Source of the DNA: Schmidtea nova
Taxonomy: Eukaryota
DNA length: 64,000 nucleotides
Assembly (NCBI GenBank): GCA_044892505.1
Contig: CM097883.1
Span: forward strand, 275,094,001 to 275,158,000
Reading direction: 5' to 3'
Part shown: positions 41,171 to 52,935 of the stretch, piece by piece
Numbering within the stretch: position 1 is the stretch's first letter
How the letters are laid out: the number at the start of each line of letters is the position of its first letter
Notes under the pieces: model-generated
Database searches by the model: none
What the model was told of the DNA's origin: nothing
What the model saw: the letters and a program-made list of their open reading frames with translations, nothing else
Program-made: the position numbers and the translations under genes

Positions 41171-41402
41171 CAATAATTCTCATAATGACTATAGATCAAA
41201 TTTTTTTTTATAAACAATAACACAATATTTCGGCACAGCCTTTATCAGCCTTTATCAGCCTTTATCAAAGATACACACTTGATAAAGGCTGTGCCGAAAT
41301 ATTGTGTTTTTGTTTATAAAAAACAAATTTGATCTATAGTCATTATGAGAATTATTGATAATAATAATAAAAAAAGATCAAAGGTGAATAAAGATAACTA
41401 TG

Positions 41403-41456
<54 letters not shown>

Positions 41457-41589
41457 TTATCATAATTATCTTTTTTCACCTTTGATTTTTTTTTATTATT
41501 ATTATCAATAATTCTCATAATGACTATAGATCAAATTTTTTTTAATAAACAATAACACAATATTTCGGCACAGCCTTTATCAAGTGTGT

Positions 41590-41592
<3 letters not shown>
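41168..41592. mobile_element. One full and one partial copy of the foldback MITE seen at 5093
   Basis: ATAATGACTATAGATCAA...TTTCGGCACAGCCTTTATC arms and the AAAGATCAAAGGTGAA tail, embedded in (AAT)n. Confidence 0.75.
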
Positions 41593-41661
<69 letters not shown>

Positions 41662-41671
41662 TAATAATAAT

Positions 41672-41868
41672 AAATTATTTGTAAAAATAAATAACATTGT
41701 GGTATTTACAAACATGTGTGTGTTTCCTCGAATTTGATTGGTTAAAAATTTCTGAATTTATTATATAAACTTTATATAATAAATTCAAAAATTTTGAACC
41801 AATCAAATTTGAGGAAACACACACACGTTTGTAAATACCACAATGTTATTTATTTTTACGAAAAATTT
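41672..41868. repeat. Near-perfect palindrome of about 195 bp centred at 41770
   Basis: Arms are reverse complements; right arm homologous to about 63003-63100. Confidence 0.85.
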
Positions 41869-41901
41869 ATTTTTTTAATTATTGAACACATAATTCATTG
41901 C

Positions 41902-41955
<54 letters not shown>

Positions 41956-44900
41956 CAGTGGTGGATTTAGATTTTGGTGCGTGGGGGGCGACGAAAATTT
42001 TCAAGGGGCGCCACAAATTATGAAGATTGTACTACTCATTTTCCCGAGTATTGAGTGAATACTAATATTATTATAAAGCATTAGATTCAGTAAATTTATT
42101 GATGTAACAAACATACCAGTTTATTTATTATTTAAATTGCTTCCTGCGTGATTTCATTGAAGCAAAACGATTTATAATCGATTCAAAGTCAATGTTCTCA
42201 GCCAGTTCGCGTTCTATTGAAATTAATGCTAATCCAGACAGACGTTCGTTTGTCATTGTTGATGGCAAATAATTTTTGATAATTTTCAGTCTACTGAAAC
42301 TTCTTTCAGCAGTAGCAGATGTAACAGGAAGAGTCAAGTATATTTTATAGAGAATTGCCAAATTGGGAAGTCCCGGCGCCATCTGATTTCAACCAAGAAA
42401 GGCAGCACCTCTTTAAGTTGTAGTTCACAAGATAGTAATGGGCGTATTGATGCATACACGTATTTGAAAGTATCATATTCTAGGATTGCTTCTTCAATAT
42501 TAATATCGTTTTTGTAAATGTCGCATAAATTTTGAAAAGATTCTTTATTTTCTTCTGATATTTGTGATGGATCAAGACAGGAGAATAAAGCAACAGTGTT
42601 ATGAAAATCATTAAAACGTTCATCTAGTTGTGTTACAAGTGTATCCAAGACAGTGAAATACGTTTCACATTTGAAACGTGTAGTTGGATCATCAACCCTT
42701 TCATCTCTGTTAAGTTCACCTGCCATGCGTTTCTTTTTTGCAACTCGCTTTTCTTTAAATTCTGTTTCAACATCTGGTGAAGAACAATTTTTGATAATAA
42801 ATGATTTTACAGCAACATTTAGACTTTCAAAAGCTTTATCACTTCTTATATCAGCAAACTTATTTCTGGCAACATAAATCAATTGTTTTGCAAAGGCAAT
42901 ATCTATGTCCTTTCGTTGCAAATAGTTTGATAACACAAAGATATTATCTAACAGCTTTTGTAGAAATAGCATCAGAAAAACAAAAGAATATTTTGTTATC
43001 AAAATAGATAGTCCCATAGCTTCTGCTCTGACACTTCCTTTGTGTTCTTTTGATTCCCCAAAATTTATATCTTCTAGAGTAGATATAGTAGCAGAGAATG
43101 ATCCAACAACTGCATCAACTGCATGCTTTCGGCTTGCCCATCTTGTATCAGAAAGTCGTTTTAGAGTATCTACTGTCGATTCATATCGAGACTTCTGATG
43201 TTCTTCGAGAATATGTAGTCGTGGTAAACTTGATGTAAGGAAAGTATACAACTTTTCTGTTGTACCAAAAAACAACTGAACATCACTGTTAAGAGACATT
43301 GCTTCAACAGTCACCAAATTCAATGCATGAGAACAACAGTGAACAAATATAGCATTTGGTGAAAGTGTCTTTATCTTAGTTTGAAGACCATTTTTAATCC
43401 CAGACATCACAGAGGCACCATCATATGCCTGTCCTCTACAAAGTGTAATGTCAATGTTTCGCTTTTGTAACTCCGTTAATATTATATCAGAAAATGCTGC
43501 AGCATTACTGTTTTCCAACTTGTAGAAGCCTATAAATCGTTCAACAACTTGTCCTGATTTTAACACTAATCTTAAAGAAACTGACATTTGATCAACTCTG
43601 GATATATCAATTGTTGAATCAACAATTAGAGAAAAGAATTGTGCAGACCTAACTTCATTATCAATATTTGCGGATAATTCAGAAGCAAGTGATTGAATTA
43701 GGTCATTTTGTACATCATGACATAAATAAAGTTCATTTTTCTTTTCAAACTTTAGATGATTGTCCAAAGTGGAATCATATTTAGCCAATAAAAATAGCAA
43801 TTCTCGAAAATTTCCAATATTACTACTACTGTCAGAGCCAGAATGTTCTCTGTGTCCTCTGAATGGCAAACCTTGTTTTGCTAAAAACAACGTTGCATCT
43901 ACCATGCGTTTCAAAACTTCTCTATTTTTTTCCACTTGATAACGCTCCTGACTGATCAAACCAGATATCACAGTTTTATCATTTGAAATGCGATATTTAG
44001 CCAGCAAATATTGTCATATTGCACTTTGATGTTGATTGGAAGCTTCATGTTTAACGATTTTTTCCATGCCTTTTTTCCAGTTATAAACTCCAAAATTTGG
44101 ATCGGACCATTCCTTGCTATAATTTTCAGTTTTACAATCAGCGAATAACCAGCAAGCTTGGCAATGCATTTTTTGATTTGTTGGTGAATAGACAAGCCAA
44201 TTTCTTTCCTCCTTCATACTAACTTTTCCAAAACATTTTGTGTACCAAGAAATTTGAAACTTGCGCCCCAATTCATCTGTCGGAAATTGAAATGGTTCAT
44301 TGAGTCCAGGTTGACATGGTCCGATTTCAAACAATTTTCGTATCAGTTTCGAGCTTATGCTCGTATTAATGTAGAGTCCTGGATCTGTAGGAAAGTCGGA
44401 TTGAGGAAGAAGTGGTTCTTGTAAAATATCTGAAGCAAGTTGTTTTTCCACTGTATCAAATTCTGAACCACCCTGATTATGTTTCAAGCCCTGAGCAGGT
44501 AATGTTACCGTCTCAGTATTCTCTGCACATGAATGTATAGCTGGGTGTTGATCATCAACTACAGATAGTACTTGCTCATCTTCAACAAGAACTTCAGATG
44601 ATGTTTCTGTCTCAGCAGGCTCAGTACAGGAACTCGAATGCGTAGATGCGTGTTGATCATCAAATACATGCACATTTTTAGCAGAAACTTCAGCTGATTG
44701 AACTAATGGCAGTTTAGACTGTTTAGTAATAAATGATGTTAACTTAATACATTTGCTAGCATCTGCCTTGAGACTGGCTTCCTTTGCCAATTTACGCCTA
44801 GATGATCCACTTAATTTGGTAACTGATTTTCTTTTATTAGTGTCACCAGTTGACTCAGCCATGGCTCTAATTTAAATTTTATTTTAATTCAATATTGAAT

Positions 44901-45504
44901 ATTATGTTAATATTTCAATACTAACGCAATAATTTGTTTGTCATAAAAGTCCAAATTGACAATAATTATTATGGTTAGATTTATGTACAAACACTATAAA
45001 AGCTTAAAAAAGTCAAACTGTCGCTCTTCACAGGAGCTATGTAATATTATTAATATGATGCAGCATAACAGCTGTAGTTGCTTAAATCCAGTTGAACTTT
45101 GTACACAGACAAAACTGTAATAAGAGAAAGGCCAGGCCGTCTGGCTAGTGGCAGTCTCAGCACTTCTGAGTAAGCTGTAATCTGCACTACTGAAGAATAT
45201 GCCTGCTGCTGTGCTGCATCAACTATGTTTAACAACATAGCTGAGTAATAGGTACTATCAATAATAATAATAATAATAATATAAACGGTGACTCTGAGCA
45301 GCTGTATGCTGCAGTGATAGTAGAATACATTTCAATCCATTTAGCTCTTCCAAATCAAAGATATATTAAATTGTCAGTGTTAGTGATCGGATTAATCTTA
45401 ATGCTTGTACACATTCATAAAAATTATCTTTGGGGGGCGCCAATTAGGATTCAACAGGGGCATGGGGGGCGACCCGCCCCCCGCCCCTGTTGAATCCGCC
45501 ACTG
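41956..45504 (-). mobile_element. Full-length hAT transposon (ZMYM1/TTF zinc finger type) inserted in (TA)n
   Basis: TIRs CAGTGGTGGATTTA / TGAATCCGCCACTG; flanks ATTTATAT and ATATATAT (7/8). Confidence 0.92.
42128..44862 (-). pseudogene. hAT transposase split into three ORFs by two frameshifts
   Basis: TTF-type zinc finger (CQAC...KHE..H), GLPFRGH, DSTID, YDGASVMSG, HCCSHALNL, TRWASR, SATAERSFS; breaks near 44010 and 42370. Confidence 0.92.
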
Positions 45505-45574
45505 ATATATATATATATATATATATAAACAAAAAAAGCTTGTGATTTTTTGTGATAACCAGTGCAAATCCCCA

Positions 45575-45616
45575 ATAGCAGACTAGTTTCGAGCTTTTGG
45601 CTCTCATCAGTTCTAT
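45575..45616 (-). ncRNA. Minimal type I hammerhead ribozyme, one stem I mismatch
   Basis: ATAGAA-CTGATGA-GAGC CAAAA GCTC-GAAA-CTAG-TC-TGCTAT on the minus strand. Confidence 0.8.
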
Positions 45617-45955
45617 GCAGGAGACGCGAAAATTTCTCTCCGCGCCAGGTAAGTATAAAACAAAGTCGAAAGATTTTTGTTATATACTATACCTGGTACA
45701 CTGGATAAAACATCACTTGAATATGCAAGGTCCTACAGATAATCTGTAACTTGCAAACATGGCGTATGAATTTCATTTTCACCTCTGCGCACTAAACGTG
45801 TTCAACAGAAACTGTTTGCAAGCGCACCCGACTGCCTTAGCTTCATTATTTCAAATTCTTCATTATTTCAGTGTACCAGGTATAGTATATAACAAAAATC
45901 TTTCGACTTTGTTTTATACTTACCTGGCGCGGAGAGAAATTTTCGCGTCTCCTGC

Positions 45956-45997
45956 ATAGCACTGATGAGAGCCAAAAGCTCGAAACTAGTCTGCTAT
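45956..45997 (+). ncRNA. Minimal type I hammerhead ribozyme
   Basis: Stem I ATAGCA/TGCTAT, core CTGATGA, stem II GAGC/GCTC, GAAA, palindromic stem III ACTAGT, predicted cleavage after GTC at 45991. Confidence 0.9.
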
Positions 45998-46784
45998 TGG
46001 GGATTTGCACTGGTTATCACAAAAAATCACAAGCTTTTTTTGTTTAAAACAAATAAGTCATCCGACAAATGTTTTTTTCACATATATATATATATATATA
46101 TATATGATCATTTAATGTTAAATATGAATTATTATTAAAATACATTGTAATAAATTTAGAATAATTTTAAAATTAAATTACACTAATAAATAATAAAAAT
46201 TATTACAAATTAAAGTAATTGAAATTAAATGAATAAAAAAGGAGTTATTTAATTATTCGATAAATTGTAAATTAATTAATATAAAAATAAATTAATTAAA
46301 AAGTAAACTATTTATTCACTAAGTTATTATTTTATACATAATGAATTATTGTAGAGAATTAAATTTAACATATAAATTGTTACAGTGAAAATACAATAAA
46401 AGTATCAATCATCAAATAAAATCAATTATTTTCAACAAAACACGTGTGTAACACTAAAAACAATAACTGAAATTTCTAGTCAAACTATTTAGTAGATAAT
46501 TAAATTTTATACATACAATATTACAATGAAAACTCTATAAAATTATTTTTAATAGTTCAAAATTATAAAATTAACAATAAACATGTGTGCAGCACGAAAA
46601 ATGACAAATTATATAATTTTATTCAAGCGATTTTATAGAAAATTAAATTTTACCTTTACTATATACAGATCAAAACTCAATAATGTTATTTTACATACTT
46701 GAAAACAGAACAATTAAATGCAAAACACATGTGCAATTCAAACAAAACGGCACACTAAATTTCTTATCAATTCATTTTATAAGA

Positions 46785-47310
46785 AATTAAATTCTACATG
46801 TGCATTGTTAATGTGAAAACTCATTATCTTTATTATATCCTCAAAGAAAACCAATTATTAACAACAAAACGTGTGCGGCGTGCAAAGCACAAAATTTTGA
46901 ATTTTTAAGTTGGCTCTCTTGTAGAGAATAAAATTCTATCTATACATTGTTACAGCGAGAAAAAAGAATAATACCAATTTGAGGCACAAAATAAAAAAAA
47001 TACGGCAGAGTAGGGAATAGTGAGCGATCTAGTTTAAGCTATAAATATTTTATAATTAAATTCTACATGTGCATTGTTAATGTGAAAACTCATTATCTTT
47101 ATTATATCCTCAAAGAAAACCAATTATTAACAACAAAACGTGTGCGGCGTGCAAAGCACAACATTTTGAATTTTTAAGTTGGCTCTCTTGTAGAGAATAA
47201 AATTCTATCTATACATTGTTACAGCGAGAAAAAAGAATAATACCAATTTGAGGCACAAAATAAAAAAAATACGGCAGAGTAGGGAATAGTGAGCGATCTA
47301 GTTTAAGCTA
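46785..47310 (+). repeat. Tandem duplication, 269-bp period
   Basis: ATTCTACATGTGCATTG at 46791 and 47060; both copies end GATCTAGTTTAAGCTA. Confidence 0.9.
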
Positions 47311-48106
47311 TTTATCCCAAAACTGTATATTTTATGCAATAATTATACAGTTTACCCCGCTCCGCGCGTGTTGATGAAGCCGATGATCGTTATTGAATAA
47401 ATATTTATTTAAAACTTGTTTTTTATAATTTTTCACCTTTCAATTGTGATTATTTTGATGTAAAAATTATTGAATTCTGACTATTTTTGAAATGTTGAAA
47501 AAATTAATTAATTTTATATTTTTTGTAAAAAATTATCAAAAAATAAATATTAAATTTCAGTATTACATCATCAATAACATAATAATTAAATTGTTTATGT
47601 AATTTTTAAAAGTAATATGTAAGAATTAAGGTAATTATAAATTGGTATGTAATAAACAAAGTATCTCCTGATGGTTAAGTAATGATTACATAACATACAT
47701 AATATTATGTAATGATTATGAAATATCTAAAGTATTATGTGTATTTGGGTAGGCGGTGCAAATTGTATAAATATTACATAATATATAGAGTTTATGGACA
47801 AATGGCTTGTGCTTGTCCGCCCACTATCCCCTACTTTATAACCATCATTGATCGAAATTAGTAATTATAAACACAAATTTTCGGCACAGTCTTTATCAAA
47901 TATTGGATTTGCTATGTATATCTCATTGATTTATTTCTAATAATATATTAATTTAAAAAAAAAAATTTTTGATTAAAACAATAAAAATTAATTGATTTTA
48001 AAACAAATAAATATGATTTATGAAAAATAAACTCGTTTAATCGCAAAAATAATGTTTAATTAGTGCCATATGGTCCAGAAATTGTGATTGCCTTATTGTC
48101 ATTAAT

Positions 48107-49333
48107 ATGAGTTTTTTATGGAATTTAAAGGCTTGCAAAGTCAAAGTAATTTTGTATATAATAATTTTTGTTCTTTTAATATATATTTTGCTAAAATATT
48201 TTCAAAATCGAAATGAACCTAAAATCATAAAGCAAAATGATTTTGAAAAAGGTATTTCATTGAGTCTCTCCGATGCGTGGAAAACGGTCAAAAAGTCCGA
48301 CAATTTCGAAAGAAAGATAAAGAGCTCATCGAAGAATGTTTCACGGGAAAATTCTAACCGAAAAGAAAGATATAAATCCATTCCGACCGATCCAACAAGT
48401 CCTCAAGTGGCATCTGTGGTGAAAAAATACTGGAACATTCCAAAACCGAAAATCCACGAAGAGATAAAGATAAAGCGTCAACCAAAAGTCGATTCAGAAT
48501 TCTGCGGCTTCAAAGACTTGGTGATAATATTTTCGATGAGCATCTCTGAGAATGTTGCAAATAGAAATGCAATAAGAGAAACTTGGGGGAACCGAAATAA
48601 AGCATACAACAGCAATTACAGAAACCTTGACAACCTTGACTACCGGGTTCTATTCGTCATCGGAAAAACCAACAATGACAATGCAAACCTCTTACGGGAA
48701 ATTACCGAAGAAATTCTATATAACAATGACGTGATAGAGTTGGATTTCCATGAATCGAAATACGAATATACGAGAAAATTCATCGGTTTGATGATGTGGT
48801 TAAAACAGATTCCTTGTTCAAACGTTATATTTGTCTTGCGGGTTTTAGATGACGCCTTTATCAATGTGCCCCCCATCATGAATTGGCTCACTGCGGTATT
48901 TGTTCAACCGAAGTCACTGGAAAACGTTTATCTTGGACATTTAATCAGACAAGACAAACCTATTCGAAACTCTCAGCATCCGCTTTTCACCGACCACGAC
49001 GACTATCCGGAAGACTATTTTCCCGATTATATCCAAAGTCCGATTTATTTATTTTCGATTGACACTGTAAAATGCATGTTTAATGAAAAAGACAACGTTC
49101 CTGTTCTTCCAATGGAAGACGCTTTTATTGGACTGCTGGCAGTTAAATGTGAAATTTCTCCAAGGCATAATGAACACTTTGTTCTTCTTCAAATGCCTGA
49201 CAATGTCTGCCATCACCAAAACATGTTCTTCATCGGCAATATCAAACCTATAGATAGTATAAGGGTTTTTCAGAATTTATCAAAAAAGAATGACACTGAA
49301 TGCAATCAAGTTGAAGAAAATAGAGAATTATAA
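48107..49333 (+). CDS. GT31-family beta-1,3-glycosyltransferase (B3GALT/B3GNT-like), type II membrane, single exon
   Basis: N-terminal TM; NRNAIRETWG, VLFVIG, DVIELDFHE, RVLDDAFINV, YPEDYFPDY, MEDAFIG. Confidence 0.88.
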   Translation: MSFLWNLKACKVKVILYIIIFVLLIYILLKYFQNRNEPKIIKQNDFEKGISLSLSDAWKTVKKSDNFERKIKSSSKNVSRENSNRKERYKSIPTDPTSPQVASVVKKYWNIPKPKIHEEIKIKRQPKVDSEFCGFKDLVIIFSMSISENVANRNAIRETWGNRNKAYNSNYRNLDNLDYRVLFVIGKTNNDNANLLREITEEILYNNDVIELDFHESKYEYTRKFIGLMMWLKQIPCSNVIFVLRVLDDAFINVPPIMNWLTAVFVQPKSLENVYLGHLIRQDKPIRNSQHPLFTDHDDYPEDYFPDYIQSPIYLFSIDTVKCMFNEKDNVPVLPMEDAFIGLLAVKCEISPRHNEHFVLLQMPDNVCHHQNMFFIGNIKPIDSIRVFQNLSKKNDTECNQVEENREL

Positions 49334-49542
49334 TCTCATTTGAAGATTTTTAACGGCGCTCGAAAATAATATTATTAAATAGTTTTTCCCAATTTTTATT
49401 AATAGAAATTTTTTCTATATGATTTAAAATTTGGTTTGAAATTTGTTTTAGCTATTGTGATTTAATTTATAGGGGTATTCGAGCAAAATATATTCTATGA
49501 CATTTTTTGAATTTATTTTTGTTTTATGATGTTTAAAATATT

Positions 49543-51350
49543 ATTTTTGGGATTAGCAAATTATTATCGCAAATTTGTTCCAAATTTTGCTGAAATAGCC
49601 AAACCGTTGTATGAATCTACATAGCTACATGAAAAAGACATTAAATGGAATGACGAGTGTGAGGAAACTTTCCGAAAACTTAAGCATGCATTATCGAGTG
49701 CACTAATATTGGCGGTTCCAAATAAGGTCGATTACTTTATTTTGGATACTGATGCGTTTTTAGTGGAATTGGTGCTGTTCTAAGCCAAGTTCAAAATGGT
49801 TGTGAAAAATTCATAGCATATGGTTCAAGACTTTTAAGTGCTCACGAGAAAGGATACTTTGTGACTAGAAAAGAACTATTAGCAATATACGAGTACGTCT
49901 TATATTTTCGACATTATTTATATGGAAAGAAGTTTGATATACGTACGGATCATAAGGCTTTAAAGTTCATAAGATCAACTTCGAAACCAATAAGTCCACA
50001 ATTCCAAACATAGTTGAGTGAGTTGTTAGGTTAGAATTTTGATTTAAAATATAGGAAGGGTGAGAATCATAACAATGCTGATGGACTATCGAGGATACTA
50101 CGAAGTTATTGCTCACAATCTCAAACCGAACACGAAGAAGGAAAACTTGAAAAGAGCCGAATAAGATTTTTAAGCGTGATTACTTCAAGTAATTTAAATA
50201 TGCAGGTATATTTTGAGAATCAGGAAACAGATAATTTACTGTCTACAATAAAGAAATATGTACTAAACCCGAGCCCCGATATACCTCACTTGATTCGGGA
50301 TTCACCTTATTCCAAAGGACTGGATCAGATATTCGTAAAAGATAATCTGTTATTAATAGTAAATGGTGATAAGCAGAAGATAATAATTCCGCAGAATATG
50401 GTGTCACAAGTCGTACAGCATATGCACAAAGAACTCTGTCATTTAGGAGTTAAGAAAACAGCAAATTATATGAACGATTATTTCTTTTGGATACACATGG
50501 TAACCGATATACGAGATATTATAAAAAAATGTGATGTATGCATGAAAAGGAAAGTGTTGACAAAAAGAGACAGCTGAGTATTTAATTTCTAGGGTAATAA
50601 TGAATTCGATGGAACAAATTGCTCATATGAAAGAAACCAGAAACCGTAACTGTTATTTGGTAGTAATAATTGATCAGTTCAGCAAGATGGTTAGTTTAAC
50701 GTCTACTCAGAACCAAGATGAAAAGACTGTATATCGGGTACTTTTACACAATTGGATATACAAATTCGGTAAGCCAGCTTACATTGTTTCGGTTAGAGGT
50801 AAAGGTTTTGAGGGAAGTCAAATCAAAGTGTTAATGGATAATTTTAAAATCGAATGGATATTTACCTCACCATATGATCATAAGTCTAATGGCTTAGCAG
50901 AACAAGTAATACGAACGGTTCGTGATATAATCGTGACATTTCTGAATGATGGGCAAACTGGAGGGTGTTGGGATGACATTATGCCAAAAAGTGAATATTC
51001 CCTAACCTCAACAACACAGAATTCTACCGGATTTTCACCAATGAAAATAGTATTTGGAAGGTAATATACATGGAAAGAATTCATTTATAGATCTTAATCG
51101 AGAACAAGAATTATTGACATCACAAAATAATATTAAGCTAGCGGCAGATAAAATGAAATCAAGAGATGCAGATAAGAAAATTCATTGTCATTTTGAGGTG
51201 AGTCAGAGAGTTCTAGTAAAAATGGATCCCCATAAGAGATCAAAGCATGGTAATTTGTTCGAAAGTTCTGTAAAGATTATTGGTTTTCCAACCGAACACC
51301 AAGTTGAACTAGAATATCAAGATGTGAAAAGATGCAGAAGAATTGAATGA
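49543..51350 (+). pseudogene. Decayed conventional Ty3/Gypsy pol (RT end, RNase H, integrase)
   Basis: FLGLANYYRKFV, ILDTDA, RKELLAI, RTDHKAL, HKELCHLG...CDVC, SNGLAE, QNSTGFSP; multiple stops and frameshifts; PPT AAGAAGGTGGGAG then TG at 51387. Confidence 0.9.
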
Positions 51351-52049
51351 CTGAAAGAGTATTACAGTTCTTAAAGAAGGTGGGAGTGACGATATTTGGA
51401 TTAATATGTTTAAATATTGCAGTTTTTGAATATAATATATTTTTTTGTAAATAGCGTGTTATATTTAATGATTATTAATGGAAAAGTTACTATCTAATTT
51501 AGTACGAGGTCGTTTTAAATTTTAAAACCTAATTTAAAACTGAAAAACAATCAACCCGTAAATTTTCATAATAGCAGAAATATAAGGTTCTTAAATTATC
51601 AGGATCTCTATATGTTAAACGTTGCCGTTGCTAGGGCCTCGGTGATAATTTAAAAGTTGAAAGTTTTCATAATAGTAGAACACCAAGTTGAACTAGAATA
51701 TCAAGATGGGAAAAGATGCAGAAGAATTGAATGACTGAAAGAGTATTACAGTTCTTAAAGAAGGTGGGAGTGACGATATTTGGATTAATATGTTTAAATA
51801 TTGCAGTTTTTGAATATAATATATTTTTTTGTAAATAGCGTGTTATATTTAATGATTATTAATGGAAAAGTTACTATCTAATTTAGTACGAGGTCGTTTT
51901 AAATTTTAAAACCTAATTTAAAACTGAAAAACAATCAACCCGTAAATTTTCATAATAGCAGAAATATAAGGTTCTTAAATTATCAGGATCTCTATATGTT
52001 AAACGTTGCCGTTGCTAGGGCCTCGGTGATAATTCAAAAGTTGAAAGTT
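51294..52049 (+). repeat. Tandem duplication, 384-bp period, covering integrase end, PPT and LTR start
   Basis: GAACACCAAGTTGAACTAG at 51294 and 51678. Confidence 0.9.
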
Positions 52050-52709
52050 GAATTTTTGAGAAAAATTGTAAAATAACTTTTTAAGAAAAGGGAAAACAAT
52101 AGAACTAGAATATAAATCAAATTTAATTAAATTTTGAAATTGAAATGAGAAAATTTGAAAAATCACGAAAATGATAGTTATTTGGACCAAAACAATAGTG
52201 ATTGAATATCCCCGAATATAAGCATTTTATTAAGGAATATTTGATCCCCGAATTGGGTAGCGATCAGATTCTACATTAAAGAATGATGTTGTATAAATAG
52301 ATACATAGAGAATTTTTGCATTTTTAGGATTATCACCTTTTGTTTGTTTGGAAATAACTGTTCTAATGACCACAATTAAGATAATATTCGTTGTTGACGC
52401 CGTTTATTGATTGAGTTTACAATGATCTGACGGAGGGGCTCGTGAAATAAAACTGCGCACAAATTTTACAGGATCCGAAAACTTTGATACTAGGCGACTA
52501 ATAATTTTAATAATTTTGTTGTGTCTTTTGATATGTTGCGTATATCTGAAATGGATTCTTGAATGAATTTGATTTTGTTAATGTTTTGATGTTGGAAAAA
52601 TGATTTATGTTGATCTATTAATAATTTTTTATTGATGTGGATATTTATTTTAAAGTGCCGATTAAAAATCTTATTGAATATTTATTGATTCACTGTTCAA
52701 TAAGGAACT

Positions 52710-52935
52710 GAAATGGGCATTAAACCTTCTATTGGTAGCCCTTGAACACATTGTAATGTTCGGTCAATCATAGTTTTAATTTTTCGACGCTCACTGTTTG
52801 CGGACATTCAGCTATTTGTTGCATTAAAAACGTTACATTGTGACGGGCAACAAGATGGTTTTCAATAATGTTTTAAATGTTGAGTTGTTGATAGGAGCCA
52901 CAGCAACGTCAAGGTTTAATTGACGGTCAACAACC
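52710..52935 (+). repeat. Fragment homologous to the 3' end of the 37505-41133 LTR family
   Basis: Reverse-complement similarity to 37510-37735. Confidence 0.7.

Larger units (their letters stand above)
45527..46045. mobile_element. Foldback element with 177-bp inverted arms, each carrying a hammerhead ribozyme (Penelope-like)
   Basis: Arms 45527-45703 and 45869-46045 with a 165-bp spacer. Confidence 0.8.

Noticed and set aside
45759-45959. 66-aa ORF across the hammerhead foldback
   Set aside because: It spans spacer and inverted arm with no PLE RT or endonuclease motif; likely chance.
45916-46045. A U1 snRNA gene
   Set aside because: Only the first 12 nt match; no U1-70K loop, U1A loop or Sm site follows. 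Kept only as a low-confidence finding.
47280-47345. CTAGT ending that might be a Helitron 3' terminus
   Set aside because: No convincing subterminal hairpin or matching 5' TC end.
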